DNA of 64,000 bases. Source: Vicinamibacterales bacterium. GTDB lineage: Bacteria; Acidobacteriota; Vicinamibacteria; Vicinamibacterales; UBA2999. The notes under the pieces are model-generated. The model was not told where the DNA came from. It ran no database searches and saw only the letters and a list, made by a program, of their open reading frames with translations. The DNA lies in assembly GCA_035711805.1 (NCBI GenBank), contig DASTBV010000113.1:348-64347 (forward strand), written 5' to 3'. Each line of letters opens with the position of its first letter. Positions within the stretch are counted from its first letter, which is position 1. Of this stretch, positions 28,534 through 38,684 are shown piece by piece. Made by a program: the position numbers and the translations under genes.

Positions 28534-29284
28534 CCTCATAGCGCAGCCGGCCGCGCGTGGCTCCAATCAGGACCGCGCTGACGACAAGTCCGCACAGCGC
28601 CAGCACCAGCTCGAACCGCACGCCGACATTGGGGCGCGTGTGGGCGAAGAATCCAGCCAGCCATCCAGAGACGGTGTTGAACGCGGCGTGCGCGGCAATC
28701 GGAGCGAGCACGTTGAACCGTGCGAGGTTGGTGACGAACGTCAGAATGAAGGACGCGCCGACGAGGATCAGCGTGTAGATCCACAGCGGAGCACTCACCC
28801 AACCTGGATAGAAGAACATCGGCAGATGCCACCCCACCCAGAGCAGGGCGAGGAGGAGCGTTCCACGCACCGGGCCGAGCGCGGCTTCCAGCCGCGGCAG
28901 CGCGTAGCCTCGCCAGCCGGGCTCTTCGCCCAGGGGGCCGCCTAGGAGCGTCGAATAGTTATAGACACTCAACGACGCCAGCGCCGACCACTGCAGCCGG
29001 CTCGGGTCCGTCGCGGTGTTGCCCGGCAGCACGACGTAGGTGAACATCATCAGCAGCGCCCCGGCGAGCCCGGCGGCGAGCGCGCGCGGCCATCCGGCGA
29101 GGAGGCGCACCGCGCGGTAATTCCCGCTGGTTACGCGATGTGTGATGACGGCCGCGATCGTCGGCGCAAGCGTCGCCAGTGCCGTCCACAGCAGCGACCC
29201 CTGCAACAGCACGAGCGGAACGAACACGAGCCATCCGCCCGCGTAGGCGAGAAGGAAGAACAGGACGAGCGGACGCTGCCTCAC
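28520..29284 (-). CDS. CPBP-family intramembrane glutamic endopeptidase (CAAX protease-like)
   Basis: Polytopic. Motifs EEPGWRGY (EExxxR) and ..IAAHAAFN.. (HxxxN). Confidence 0.75.
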   Translation of the reverse strand: MRQRPLVLFFLLAYAGGWLVFVPLVLLQGSLLWTALATLAPTIAAVITHRVTSGNYRAVRLLAGWPRALAAGLAGALLMMFTYVVLPGNTATDPSRLQWSALASLSVYNYSTLLGGPLGEEPGWRGYALPRLEAALGPVRGTLLLALLWVGWHLPMFFYPGWVSAPLWIYTLILVGASFILTFVTNLARFNVLAPIAAHAAFNTVSGWLAGFFAHTRPNVGVRFELVLALCGLVVSAVLIGATRGRLRYEERPT

Positions 29285-29330
29285 TCGTCAACGTCTCGAA
29301 CGATTCGCACCACTCGAACGACTCGAACGT

Positions 29331-31085
29331 TCATCGAACAAACGTAAACGGCATCAGCGCCAGCGGCTCGCCACGGCGGAACAGCCGCACGGGCGCCGAC
29401 AGCGCGCCAACCGCACGCTGCTCGGCCCCACTGGCCAGCACACTCCAGACGTTCACGCCGCGGCCGAACTGCGCGGTCAATGCCTCGAACACGCTGCGCC
29501 GGCGCGGATAGGCGACGAGTTCCACGTCTTCGCCGGGTGGAATGCGCGCGCGCTCTTTCGCGATTCGCACCGCAGTGTCGAGGCCGCCCAGCGCGTCCAC
29601 CAGGCCGTTCTCACGCGCCTGACGCCCGGTCCAGACGCGGCCCTGTGCGACGGCGTCGATCTTTTCAGGTGTGGTCTTGCGCGATTCCGCGGCTTTCTCG
29701 ACGAAGTTCTCGTAGAAGCCCTGCATGTGATCCTGGATCCGCGTGCGGTGATCGGGCTTGAACGGCTCGAACGGCGAATAGATGTCCGCGTTCGCCCCCG
29801 ACGTGACCGTCTCAGTCGTCAAGCCCAGTTTGTTGAGCGTGCCGCCGAGCGCAATCTTGCCGTAGTAGACGCCAATCGACCCCGTCAGCGTCGCCGGCTG
29901 CGCCACGATGACGTGCGCCGGCATCGAAATGTAATAGCCGCCCGAGGCCGCCAGGTCCGACATCGACGCAATCAGCGGCCGCGATGGCTTCTGGTCGCGC
30001 GTGATCATCAGCTCACGCCAGACCACGTCGGAGGCCACCGACGACCCGCCCGGGCTGTCCACGCGCAGGATGATGGCTTTCACGGAATCGTCATCCCGCA
30101 CCTCGCGGATTTGCTCGACGAGCGTCTCGGACCCGACGGTCGGTCCATTCAGCGGATCGAAGCCGCTCCGTCCAGACGTGATGACGCCAACCGCGTAGAT
30201 GACGGCAATGCGGGAGCGCGGCCGGAAGCCTACCGACTCGGCCCGGACACGCGAGTAGTCCCGGCCCTCGATCCGCCGTGTCTCCCGCGAGCCGGAGCGC
30301 AGCTCGGGCACGCGATCGTCGAGTTGATCCTCGTAGGCGAGCTCGTCGACGAGCCCGTGACGCAGCGCATCCTCCGGCGTGAACGGCCCCTGGTCGATCA
30401 GCGCGCGCACCTCCTGCTCGCTCTTCTTGCGCGCGTCGGCAATCCCCCGGACCAGCTGGTCGTACATATCGCGGTTGAGCGACTCCGACATCTCCCGGTG
30501 GGCGGGCGTGAAGCCCTTCTCCGTGTACTGGTTGACGGCCGTCTTGTACTCGCCGACGTGCAGGAAGTCCGGAACGGCGCCGATCTTGTCGAGTGCGCCG
30601 CGCAGAAAGATTTCGTATGACGCCACGCCGGTCAGGTCGAGGGAACTGGTGGGAAGCAGGTAGACCTTGTCGGCGGCGCTCGCCAGGTAGTACTCACGAT
30701 CGCCCCCGTACTCGAGGAAGGCGACGACGGTCTTCTTCGATTTCTTGAAGTCCATGATCGCGTCGCGCAGCTCCTGGACCTTCGCCCAGTACGGAAGTGA
30801 CAGTGTCGATGGCATCAGCACCACGGTCTTGATACGTGGATCGCGGCGGGCCTTTTCCAGCGCGCTGACGAACGTCCGCACGGTAATGTTCGAGCCGCCG
30901 ATCAGCCCGAACACGTCGTCGGGAAGGATTTCCCCGATCTCGCCGCCGGGTCTGAGGACGAGCGCGGCCGTCGACGGAACCGTCGGCCCGCGCGACACGA
31001 CGAGAAACATCATCGCCAGACCCGCGATGGACACCACCACCGCCAGCCCAATGAACACCAGGACGAAACGAACACCACGTTTCAC
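29331..31085 (-). CDS. sppA: signal peptide peptidase SppA, 67K type
   Basis: N-terminal TM and two ClpP/crotonase-like halves (..SMSDLAASGGYYISMPA..). Confidence 0.85.
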   Translation of the reverse strand: MKRGVRFVLVFIGLAVVVSIAGLAMMFLVVSRGPTVPSTAALVLRPGGEIGEILPDDVFGLIGGSNITVRTFVSALEKARRDPRIKTVVLMPSTLSLPYWAKVQELRDAIMDFKKSKKTVVAFLEYGGDREYYLASAADKVYLLPTSSLDLTGVASYEIFLRGALDKIGAVPDFLHVGEYKTAVNQYTEKGFTPAHREMSESLNRDMYDQLVRGIADARKKSEQEVRALIDQGPFTPEDALRHGLVDELAYEDQLDDRVPELRSGSRETRRIEGRDYSRVRAESVGFRPRSRIAVIYAVGVITSGRSGFDPLNGPTVGSETLVEQIREVRDDDSVKAIILRVDSPGGSSVASDVVWRELMITRDQKPSRPLIASMSDLAASGGYYISMPAHVIVAQPATLTGSIGVYYGKIALGGTLNKLGLTTETVTSGANADIYSPFEPFKPDHRTRIQDHMQGFYENFVEKAAESRKTTPEKIDAVAQGRVWTGRQARENGLVDALGGLDTAVRIAKERARIPPGEDVELVAYPRRRSVFEALTAQFGRGVNVWSVLASGAEQRAVGALSAPVRLFRRGEPLALMPFTFVR

Positions 31086-31313
31086 GTCAGCCTCCCTTGG
31101 GGGTCATTGTGTCAAATCCCCGCGGACGGAGCTTCAGGGCAGCCCCAGGCGCCATCAACAACTTCGTCACGTGACCGAACGAAACCCGCCCGGGCCTCCG
31201 ACGACCGATTCCCAGGAATGCGCAAATAACGGCCGCATGTGACGCGGAACGCAGATTGCCCAGAAACCATGACAGCCCCTGCCCTGCCTTTGAGAATCAG
31301 GAGCGGCACTGCC

Positions 31314-31829
31314 ATGTTTACGATTTGCGATCGTCGCGTTTCACTTTCAGCGGGTTTTGCCCGGCTTGCCGGGCTTGCTGCCTGTGGGTTGCTTGCAGCG
31401 GCATGCCACGGTGGACTGGATACGCCTGCCGGTCCGAGTGCTCCCGCCGATGCGGCGCTGTCGGCAACGAGCGATGACGAAACGGTCCCCGTCGAAACCG
31501 CGACAGTCGCCTCGACGAGACGTGTCACGTACGAGATGGCTGAAGCCAATCTCTCGGGACACTCTGGAAGCTGCACTCTCGCAGGCGCTCGGCTCGGGTT
31601 TCGGCTCAAAGCACAAGGTGCAGGCGTGCCAGGCACGGTGATTCGTTTCCACCTGATCAGGGCTGATGGGTTCAGGACCACGGCGATCGTTGACGTGAGT
31701 CGGCAGGGCACCTTCCGGACCGACCAGGAGCTGGTCACGACGTTCCCGCCGAATGCCGAGGTCCGGTGCGTGCTCCTGAGCATCGACGGCGCGCTGCTCG
31801 CGGAAAGCACCACGTTCCACGCGCCGTGA
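31314..31829 (+). CDS. hypothetical lipoprotein
   Basis: Trimmed to ATG 31314. Lipobox-like ..GLLAAAC|HGG. No family recognised. Confidence 0.45.
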   Translation: MFTICDRRVSLSAGFARLAGLAACGLLAAACHGGLDTPAGPSAPADAALSATSDDETVPVETATVASTRRVTYEMAEANLSGHSGSCTLAGARLGFRLKAQGAGVPGTVIRFHLIRADGFRTTAIVDVSRQGTFRTDQELVTTFPPNAEVRCVLLSIDGALLAESTTFHAP

Positions 31830-31887
31830 GGAAACCCTGAGGCCTTGGCCCTTGGGCGTTGGCCCTTCGGCCTTCTATGATGGGGGG

Positions 31888-33192
31888 ATGCGAAGACTTC
31901 TTATCGCGCTCCTCATCTCCTCGGCGACCGCAACCATAGTCGCGCAACAGAATCGAGCCAACACCTGCGATCCGGACAACGGCGGCTTGACGCTGCCACC
32001 GGGCTTCTGCGCGAAAGTGATCGCCGACGTGGCGGCGCCCGCGCGTCACGTTGCGGTGGCGCCGAACGGGGACATCTACACCGTGCTGGCGGTCGCCGGC
32101 GGTCCTCTGGCCCCGCCGCCATCGGGCCCGCCGACACCTGGTGTCGTGGCCCTGCGCGATGCCGACCGGGACGGCAGGTACGAGCAGATTGAGAAGTTCG
32201 GACCTGGTCTCCAGGGAACCGGCATTCTGCTGAACAACGGCTATCTCTACGTTGGTGCCGACCAGCGCGTAGTGCGCTTCCGTCTCGACGGCAAGTCGCT
32301 CGTCCCCACCAGTCAGCCGGAAGTCATCGTCGACGCGCTGCCGCGCGCAAATCCACATTCCGCCAAGTCGATCGCGATCGGTGACGGCAACGCGCTGTAT
32401 GTCCACGTCGGAGGGCCGACGAACGCGTGTCAGAATCCGGACAGGCGTCCAGGTGCTCCCGGCGAGAACCCGTGCAGCCAGCTCGCCTTGCACGGCGGGG
32501 TCTGGAAGTACGAAGCCGGCAAGGCCGGCCAGAAGCACGAGGCGTCGCGACGGTTCGCGACGGGCATCCGGCACACCGTCGCCATGGCGTGGAATCCAGC
32601 GTCGCGGCAGCTGTATGCGGCGCAGAACGGACGCGATCAGCTCGATACCCTGTGGCCGAAGTCATTCACGGCGCAGGACAACGCCGAGCGCCCGGCCGAG
32701 GAGATGCAGCTGCTGAAACAGGGTTCGAACTTCGGCTGGCCGTACTGCTTCTACGATCTGGCGACGATGAAGCGCCTGCTCAATCCGGAGTACGGCGGCG
32801 ACGGCAAGTCGGAAGGCGACTGCGCCAAGTACGACAAACCGATCGCGACGTTCCCGGCGCACAACGCGCCGGTCGGCATGACGTTCTACACCGGGACGCA
32901 GTTCCCCGCGTCCTACCGCAACGGCGCATTCGTCGTGTTCCACGGATCCTGGAACCGGATGCCGTTTCCGCAAGCCGGCTTCAACATCCGCTTCGTTCCA
33001 TTCAAGGGTGAGCAGCCGTCCGGCGAGAGTCAGGTCTTTGCTTCCGGTTTCGCCGGCAAGGACGTCGTGAAGATGCCCAACGATGCCGTGTACCGGCCGG
33101 TTGGCATCGCGCAGGCACCGGACGGCTCGCTCGTCGTAACGGAGGATGCCAAAGGACGGATATGGCGCGTCAGCTATACAGGGTCGCGATAG
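31888..33192 (+). CDS. sorbosone/PQQ-dependent sugar dehydrogenase-like beta-propeller protein
   Basis: Trimmed to ATG 31888 ([21 protein letters not shown]). Blocks ..[10 protein letters not shown].. and ..[10 protein letters not shown].., as in the sorbosone dehydrogenase family. Confidence 0.65.
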   Translation: MRRLLIALLISSATATIVAQQNRANTCDPDNGGLTLPPGFCAKVIADVAAPARHVAVAPNGDIYTVLAVAGGPLAPPPSGPPTPGVVALRDADRDGRYEQIEKFGPGLQGTGILLNNGYLYVGADQRVVRFRLDGKSLVPTSQPEVIVDALPRANPHSAKSIAIGDGNALYVHVGGPTNACQNPDRRPGAPGENPCSQLALHGGVWKYEAGKAGQKHEASRRFATGIRHTVAMAWNPASRQLYAAQNGRDQLDTLWPKSFTAQDNAERPAEEMQLLKQGSNFGWPYCFYDLATMKRLLNPEYGGDGKSEGDCAKYDKPIATFPAHNAPVGMTFYTGTQFPASYRNGAFVVFHGSWNRMPFPQAGFNIRFVPFKGEQPSGESQVFASGFAGKDVVKMPNDAVYRPVGIAQAPDGSLVVTEDAKGRIWRVSYTGSR

Positions 33193-33614
33193 TCATCGCC
33201 GTGATTGCCGCTGCAGGCGCCTGCGCGGCCGAGGAGAACGCCGAGGAGAACATGGGACAGTCGAACATCACGGAACTGATCAGAACCGACGAAACCGCTG
33301 GCGGCGGTCACGAGGCCGCCGCCGGGAGAACTGTCACGGTGCATTACACCGGCTGGCTCTACGACCAGAGCAAGCCGGATCACAAAGGGAAGAAGTTCGA
33401 CAGCTCGCGCGATCGCGGTGAGCCATTCGCGTTCCGCCTCGGCAGGGGGCAGGTGATCCGCGGATGGGACGAAGGGGTCGCGGGCATGAAGGTGGGCGGC
33501 CGCCGGACACTGACGATCCCGCCGGATTACGGCTATGGGGCCCAGGGTGCCGGCGGCGCCATCCCGCCGAACGCGACGCTGATCTTCGACGTGGAGCTGC
33601 TCGACGTCAGATAG
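33162..33614 (+). CDS. FKBP-type peptidyl-prolyl isomerase (lipoprotein-like leader)
   Basis: [69 protein letters not shown]. Confidence 0.9.
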   Translation: MARQLYRVAIVIAVIAAAGACAAEENAEENMGQSNITELIRTDETAGGGHEAAAGRTVTVHYTGWLYDQSKPDHKGKKFDSSRDRGEPFAFRLGRGQVIRGWDEGVAGMKVGGRRTLTIPPDYGYGAQGAGGAIPPNATLIFDVELLDVR

Positions 33615-33678
33615 CCGCGAACTCCTCATCGATCACCTGAACGCCGGCGGCGACGGCGTCGCACGCCATGGCCGTCAG

Positions 33679-35022
33679 GTGATCGTCGTTCCGTTCACGA
33701 TTCCCGGAGAACAGGTGCGCGCCAGCGTGCGGCGGCTGCGCGAAGGATCGTACGTCGGCGTCGTCGAGGAGATCCTGCGGCAATCCCCACATCGCGTCGC
33801 GCCTCGCTGCCCGCATTTCGGTTTCACGGGTCCGGCTGAAGCCGGACACTACGACCGACGAGGCTGTGGCGGGTGTACCTGGCAGCACATCGCCTATCCG
33901 GAGCAGCTGCGTCTCAAGTCCGAGCTGGTCACGCGACTGCTGCGCGAGGCCGTTCCTCAGGCGCCGGCGGCCCTGCCAACATCGACGGCGGCGCAGATCG
34001 ATTCGCCATGGGGATACCGGCAGAAGGTTCATTTCGTGTTTGGCCCCGGACCCCGGGGTTCGCTGGCGATGGGACATTACGCGCGCGGCACTCGGCGCGT
34101 GATTCCCGTCAGGGCCTGTCCAGTACACGACGAGCGCGGCAATGCCCTCGCCTTCGGGTTCCGTGATGCGCTCGACAGCGTGGCGCGGACGTCGCCGAAG
34201 CCTCGCGGAGACGGGTCGGGTCCGCGTGATCGTGTAATGAAGGGTCTTGCGGTCAGGGTTGCCGCGAGCACGCCGGAGGTCATGGCCACACTGATCCTGA
34301 CCGGTCCGGCAGACGGGCGCCTCCGCAACGTGACCCGTCAGGTGTTCGACAAGGACGGCGCGACCACGTCCGTCCACGTCAACCTTCATCCGCGTGGCGA
34401 CGCGTACATTTTCGGACGCGACACACGGCGTGTCGCCGGCGCCGATCGGCTGCGCGAAGAGGTCGCCGGGCTCTCGTTCCTCATTTCGCCTACCGCGTTC
34501 TTCCAGACGAACGTGCGAGCCGCCGACATCCTTGTCCGCCTCGTCGTCGATGCGGTTCCGCAGGCCTCGACCGTGCTCGATCTGTACGCGGGTACGGGGC
34601 TATTCGCGCTTCCCCTGGCCCGCGCCGGCAGGCGGGTGATGGCGGTCGAAGAAAGCCGCGACGCGGTGCAGGACGGCGAGGCGAGCCGCCGCCTGAATGG
34701 CATCAGCGCGGACCAGTGCCAGTTCGTCGCCCGTCGTGTCGAGGATGCGCTGCACAGGCTGCGACAGCGGTTGTTCGACGTTGTGATCGTCGATCCACCA
34801 CGGGCGGGGTGTTCGGCGCAGGTCATCACAGGAGTCTTCAGCGGCCTCAAGCCACCGCTGGCTGTCTACATCTCCTGCAACCCGGAAGCGCTGGCGCGGG
34901 ATTCTCGAGAGATTGCGCGACGTGGTTATGAGATCGCGTCCGTGCAGCCACTGGACATGTTTCCGCACACGGCCCACGTGGAAACGGTCGCCGTCCTGCG
35001 TCGCCGCCGGACAATAGAATGA
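33679..35022 (+). CDS. RlmD/RumA-family 23S rRNA (uracil-C5)-methyltransferase
   Basis: Fe-S cysteines CPHFG..CGGCTWQH. SAM fold VLDLYAGTGLFALPLA and DPPRAG. The first canonical start is GTG 33679, but TRAM-like residues continue upstream (see findings). Confidence 0.8.
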   Translation: MIVVPFTIPGEQVRASVRRLREGSYVGVVEEILRQSPHRVAPRCPHFGFTGPAEAGHYDRRGCGGCTWQHIAYPEQLRLKSELVTRLLREAVPQAPAALPTSTAAQIDSPWGYRQKVHFVFGPGPRGSLAMGHYARGTRRVIPVRACPVHDERGNALAFGFRDALDSVARTSPKPRGDGSGPRDRVMKGLAVRVAASTPEVMATLILTGPADGRLRNVTRQVFDKDGATTSVHVNLHPRGDAYIFGRDTRRVAGADRLREEVAGLSFLISPTAFFQTNVRAADILVRLVVDAVPQASTVLDLYAGTGLFALPLARAGRRVMAVEESRDAVQDGEASRRLNGISADQCQFVARRVEDALHRLRQRLFDVVIVDPPRAGCSAQVITGVFSGLKPPLAVYISCNPEALARDSREIARRGYEIASVQPLDMFPHTAHVETVAVLRRRRTIE

Positions 35023-35062
35023 CGACCAACGAGTGAACGAGACAGGAGGAAGGAGATCGCCG

Positions 35063-36337
35063 ATGAGGGTTCGAATACGTCTCGCATTGCCGACTGCCTG
35101 CTGTGTGATCGCGGCCGCGGTCCTCGCCGCCGCGCAGCAGCAGCCGGCGCCGAATCCCGCACAGGCGAAGTATCCCTACCCTGTCGTGCGCGACATGCGC
35201 GGCGTCGTCCCGCCCGGCCCGAAACCGCTGCCATCGCCGCCGCTCGGCGCTGGGCCGTGGACGTTCCAGACGACCGAGGCGGACATCCGCGTCTCTGTTG
35301 TCACGAAGGGCTTTTCGAATCCGTACGGGCTCGCCATTCTTCCGGATGGCACCTTCCTCATCACCGAGCGTGCCGGCGCGCTGCGCGTCGTCCGCAACGG
35401 CGTCATCGACCCGCAACCGGTGCCGGGCGTGCCGCAGGTCATTTATCGCGGAACGGAAGCGGGACTGATGGACATCATCCTGCACCCGAACTACGCGCAG
35501 AACCGATGGGTCTACTTCACCTACCACAAGCCAATCGGGAACAACCTCGCCAGCAATGCCGTCGGCCGCGCGGTGTGGAACGGCCAGGGGCTGACCGACG
35601 TGAAGGAGATTTTCCTGTCGGACGACGTCGATACCGAGGTCAGCCGGATTACGTTCGGCCGTGACGGGATGCTCTACATGACGATCGGCGGCCCGGGCAC
35701 CGGTCCTCCCGCCAGCCTCGATCGGCCGCAGCACGGCAACGACTACGCCGGCAAGCTCATTCGCATGCGCGACGATGGGTCGCTGCCGTCCGATAACCCG
35801 TTCGCCGGCCGGAAGGATTACAAGCCGTACATCTACGCACTGGGGTTCCGCAATCAGCTTGGGCTGACCACCAATCCATACAACGGCGAGATCTGGGCGG
35901 CCGAGCAGGGACCGAACGGCGGCGATGAGGTCAACGTGATCCTGCCCGGGCGGAACTACGGATGGCCGTTTGCCAGCTACGGGCGCGACTACCTCGGTCC
36001 GCGGTTCAACGCCGCGCACGCCGCTCGCGGCTTCGAGGAGCCGACGGTCTATTGGGTGCCGTCGATCGCCGTGTCGGGAATGACCTTCTACAACGGCGAC
36101 CGCTTTCCGAACTGGCGCCGCAACCTGTTCGTCGGCGGCATGCGCGAAGGCGAGATGTCGCCAACCGGCCAGCTGCAGCGCATCGTGTTCAACGACAAGT
36201 GGCAGGAGCTGCGGCGCGAGTCGCTGCTGCGGGATCTGCACCAGCGGATTCGCGACGTGCGGCAAGGGCCGGACGGGCTGCTTTACGTGGTGACGGAAGA
36301 AACGCAGGCGGCGTTGCTGCGGATTGAGCCAATGTAA
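35063..36337 (+). CDS. PQQ-dependent soluble aldose/glucose dehydrogenase (YliI-like propeller)
   Basis: Trimmed to ATG 35063, preceded by AGGAGGAAGGAG. Blocks GLAILPDGTFLITERAG, GLMDIILHP, NYGWP. Confidence 0.8.
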   Translation: MRVRIRLALPTACCVIAAAVLAAAQQQPAPNPAQAKYPYPVVRDMRGVVPPGPKPLPSPPLGAGPWTFQTTEADIRVSVVTKGFSNPYGLAILPDGTFLITERAGALRVVRNGVIDPQPVPGVPQVIYRGTEAGLMDIILHPNYAQNRWVYFTYHKPIGNNLASNAVGRAVWNGQGLTDVKEIFLSDDVDTEVSRITFGRDGMLYMTIGGPGTGPPASLDRPQHGNDYAGKLIRMRDDGSLPSDNPFAGRKDYKPYIYALGFRNQLGLTTNPYNGEIWAAEQGPNGGDEVNVILPGRNYGWPFASYGRDYLGPRFNAAHAARGFEEPTVYWVPSIAVSGMTFYNGDRFPNWRRNLFVGGMREGEMSPTGQLQRIVFNDKWQELRRESLLRDLHQRIRDVRQGPDGLLYVVTEETQAALLRIEPM

Positions 36338-36419
36338 AAAACGATGCCGTGCAATTCCCGCTGCGGCGGTGAAATAACCCGCGAACAATTCATAGGGTGT
36401 CTGGTTCTATCGTCTCGAT

Positions 36420-36992
36420 TCACGTCTCAGCAAACGCGCGCGCGAGCAGCTCGGATACGCCGAGCGTGTCGGCCGATCGGCGGAGGTAGCCGCGATCGAG
36501 CGCCGGTCCCTGGACTCGAATGATGCCGACGATGTCGCGCCACTGGCGGTCCGACGTGGCGCCGGCGTGCTGGTACCAGCGAAGCTTGTGCAACAGCACA
36601 TCTTCAGGGGTGTAGATGTACAGGACGTGAGCAGCCGACGGCGGCGAGAACGGGACACGGCGGCGGAGAACCTCCTCATCGATGGGCGTCCCGCCGGCGA
36701 CAAAAAGGTCCACTTTCATGGCGGTGTCGAGGTGGATGATGTTGACGCTCAGCCGCTCGCTGGCGGCGCGCCTGAGGCGTTCCGCCGGCACGTAGAAGCG
36801 GGCCGACAGACCGTCGAGCAGCGCATCGACGTGCTCGGGTCGAAGGTCGACGGAGATGTCAGCGTCCTGCGTGGAACGCGGCTCACCTGCCACACTGCTG
36901 GCCAGCGATCCGCCAACGGCATAGCGAAGGCCCAGCGCCTCGAGCACGCGTGCGACGTCGGCGACGATTGTCCAGGGATTGGCGTCGTCCAC
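36420..36992 (-). CDS. minimal nucleotidyltransferase-fold protein, second gene of a two-gene module
   Basis: Track ORF trimmed to GTG 36992, 8 nt after the upstream stop. YAVGGSLASSVAGEPRSTQDADISVDL is a GS-x(n)-DxD NTase signature. The C-terminal half ..EDVLLHKLRWYQHAGATSDRQWRDIVGII.. recurs in similar two-gene pairs I remember from other phyla. Confidence 0.55.
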   Translation of the reverse strand: MDDANPWTIVADVARVLEALGLRYAVGGSLASSVAGEPRSTQDADISVDLRPEHVDALLDGLSARFYVPAERLRRAASERLSVNIIHLDTAMKVDLFVAGGTPIDEEVLRRRVPFSPPSAAHVLYIYTPEDVLLHKLRWYQHAGATSDRQWRDIVGIIRVQGPALDRGYLRRSADTLGVSELLARAFAET

Positions 36993-36999
36993 GACGCGA

Positions 37000-37272
37000 C
37001 TACTCCCGCAGGTCGGCTGCGTCCGGGAAGGCCTGCACGGCCAGATTGCGTCCGAGTCGCAGTATCGCGAGTCGCAGGAATTGTTCGCGTGCGGTGGCGC
37101 CAGGATATCGACGCCGGACGCCCTCTTTCGCGGCCTCGTGTACGCCGCGGCACAAACCAGCGACAAGCACCGCCTTCTCGTCACGCGACATCCGCTGCCA
37201 CAGCGCAACCTGGCGTGCCTCGATGTCGAGCGGAGTGTCGTCGGCCAGGGGCGTCCGACCAGGAGAGGTCAC
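37000..37272 (-). CDS. small helical partner protein of the NTase module
   Basis: 90 aa. ..MSRDEKAVLVAGLCRGVHEAAKEGVRRRYPGATAREQFLRLAILRLG... No family name recalled. Confidence 0.5.
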   Translation of the reverse strand: MTSPGRTPLADDTPLDIEARQVALWQRMSRDEKAVLVAGLCRGVHEAAKEGVRRRYPGATAREQFLRLAILRLGRNLAVQAFPDAADLRE

Positions 37273-37308
37273 TGGGAGATTATGGCGCAGGTCGAACTTA
37301 CGATGGCG

Positions 37309-37363
37309 GGACGATAGGAATCATTAGCCGGGTTTGCGCGCGCCTCGTTGACGGAATGCTGCT
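37309..37363. repeat. 55-bp solo copy (copy A) of the block found downstream of the IS91 transposase
   Basis: GGACGATAGGAATCATTAGCCGGGTTTGCGCGCGCCTCGTTGACGGAATGCTGCT, identical to 38685-38761 apart from that copy's 22-bp internal duplication. Confidence 0.9.
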
Positions 37364-37519
37364 GTAGTCCTTCAGGCGGCCGGCCCGCCCCTGAAGCGCC
37401 TCCTCGACGATGAACGTGAGTAGTGTTTTCGAGCGTTCCGCGCCGCGAAAGGTGTCGCTGGCGAGGATTCGAACGAGTTGCGCGTGAACGGCCGCGGGAG
37501 GAACCTGCGCGATGTCCAT
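37364..37519 (-). pseudogene. N-terminal fragment (about 52 codons) of a regulator/TPR-type protein, cut at repeat copy A
   Basis: MDIAQVPPAAVHAQLVRILASDTFRGAERSKTLLTFIVEEALQGRAGRLKDYS, then reads into the repeat (SIPSTRRAQTRLMIPIVP..). Confidence 0.6.
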
Positions 37520-37658
37520 GCGGCGACGATTATACGAGCCCGCTCATCTCGGTCCGATGACTGAATGGACGTACGTAACCGTAACAGCGGCATTTGTAAC
37601 CGGTTCGTTCTTGCGGGCGGCGGACGCCTTCTGGCAACGTGCGAGCGCCTGCTGCGAG

Positions 37659-38228
37659 ATGATGAGATTAGCGAGAGGGCTGAAGCCGACTTCTTTCTTG
37701 AGAGCACTCGCCGGACTGGTCCTGTCCTCCCTGCCGGCGGCGTGCGATACGCCAACCCAGCCGAGTCCGAGCCCGAGTGAGCCGAGCCCAGCCAGTGTAG
37801 TGGAGGGCGCTCTGAGTGGAACGTATACGCTGACGATCGCAGCGTCGAGCCGATGCCGATCCGAGCTTCCCAACGAACTGCAGACGCGCACGTACACCGC
37901 GACAATCGAGCAGGCGGCGGACGACTCGCTGATGGTCCACGTGGATTACCCGTCCGGCTGGTCGTGGGGACAACCCGACAGATTTCCTGGCCGGTTAGGC
38001 GCGACGAACGAAGTCATATTCGAGCTTGGCGTCGAGGAGTGGTGGCTGGCGGGAGGGGAGTTCCTCGCGTACGGAACCACCAGGGTCACGATCGTCGAGG
38101 AGCGACTATCCGGATTTCTGGATGGCTATATGAAGGCGATCGTCATAAACGAGGATGGCCGCGGTAACCGGGTCGTCACATGCACGGCTCCGGACCACGC
38201 TGTGCTGTTTTCGAGGCGACCGCGGTAA
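37659..38228 (+). CDS. hypothetical lipoprotein lying between the two repeat copies
   Basis: Trimmed to ATG 37659 (MMRLARGLKPTSFLRALAGLVLSSLPAAC|DTPTQPSPSPSEP..). No family recognised. Confidence 0.45.
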   Translation: MMRLARGLKPTSFLRALAGLVLSSLPAACDTPTQPSPSPSEPSPASVVEGALSGTYTLTIAASSRCRSELPNELQTRTYTATIEQAADDSLMVHVDYPSGWSWGQPDRFPGRLGATNEVIFELGVEEWWLAGGEFLAYGTTRVTIVEERLSGFLDGYMKAIVINEDGRGNRVVTCTAPDHAVLFSRRPR

Positions 38229-38234
38229 GCGTCC

Positions 38235-38684
38235 TCATGCCGCTCGCATCGGATGGCGTCCGAGCAGTCGCTCGCCGCCGGCCTCGCGGAATGACGCCAG
38301 CGCGCGGTCGCGGCCAGTATGCGCGTCCGCAAGCACGGTGCGGAACACCGGATTGGATCGCAGCGGATCGAAATGACGGCTGCGGTCGAGCGTCGAGGCG
38401 GCGAAGTACCGTCTGGCAACGGCGTGCTGCAGGTCTGCGAGTCCGTCGTCGAGCGCACCGACCTCACAGAGCATCCATCCCTCCAGGAAGATCGCTTCCG
38501 GGTCGAACTGGATCTTCACGGTTGCCATCGTCGCCATATGCCGCTTCATGTCGTCCGGCCGGCGATCGAGCCACGCCATGAGGTAATCCCACCAGACTCG
38601 AAACGTCGGGAGCGTCAGCGTATCGCGGAGGTTGTTCAGCAGTTGACGGGCCTCGTCATGCCGCCCCGCAAGCCCGAGCCCCAT
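38235..38684 (-). pseudogene. C-terminal TPR-like fragment beginning exactly at repeat copy B
   Basis: ..GLGLAGRHDEARQLLNNL.. and ..FDPLRSNPVFRTVLADA.. look like the end of a TPR protein. The apparent ATG is created at the junction with the repeat. Confidence 0.55.

Noticed and set aside
37293-37308. IS91 target tetranucleotides (GAAC at 37293; CAAG near 38669) next to the repeat copies, as proof of the ori end.
   Set aside because: They lie 11-12 nt away from the repeat boundary rather than abutting it. Such 4-mers are expected by chance, so they cannot be used as evidence.
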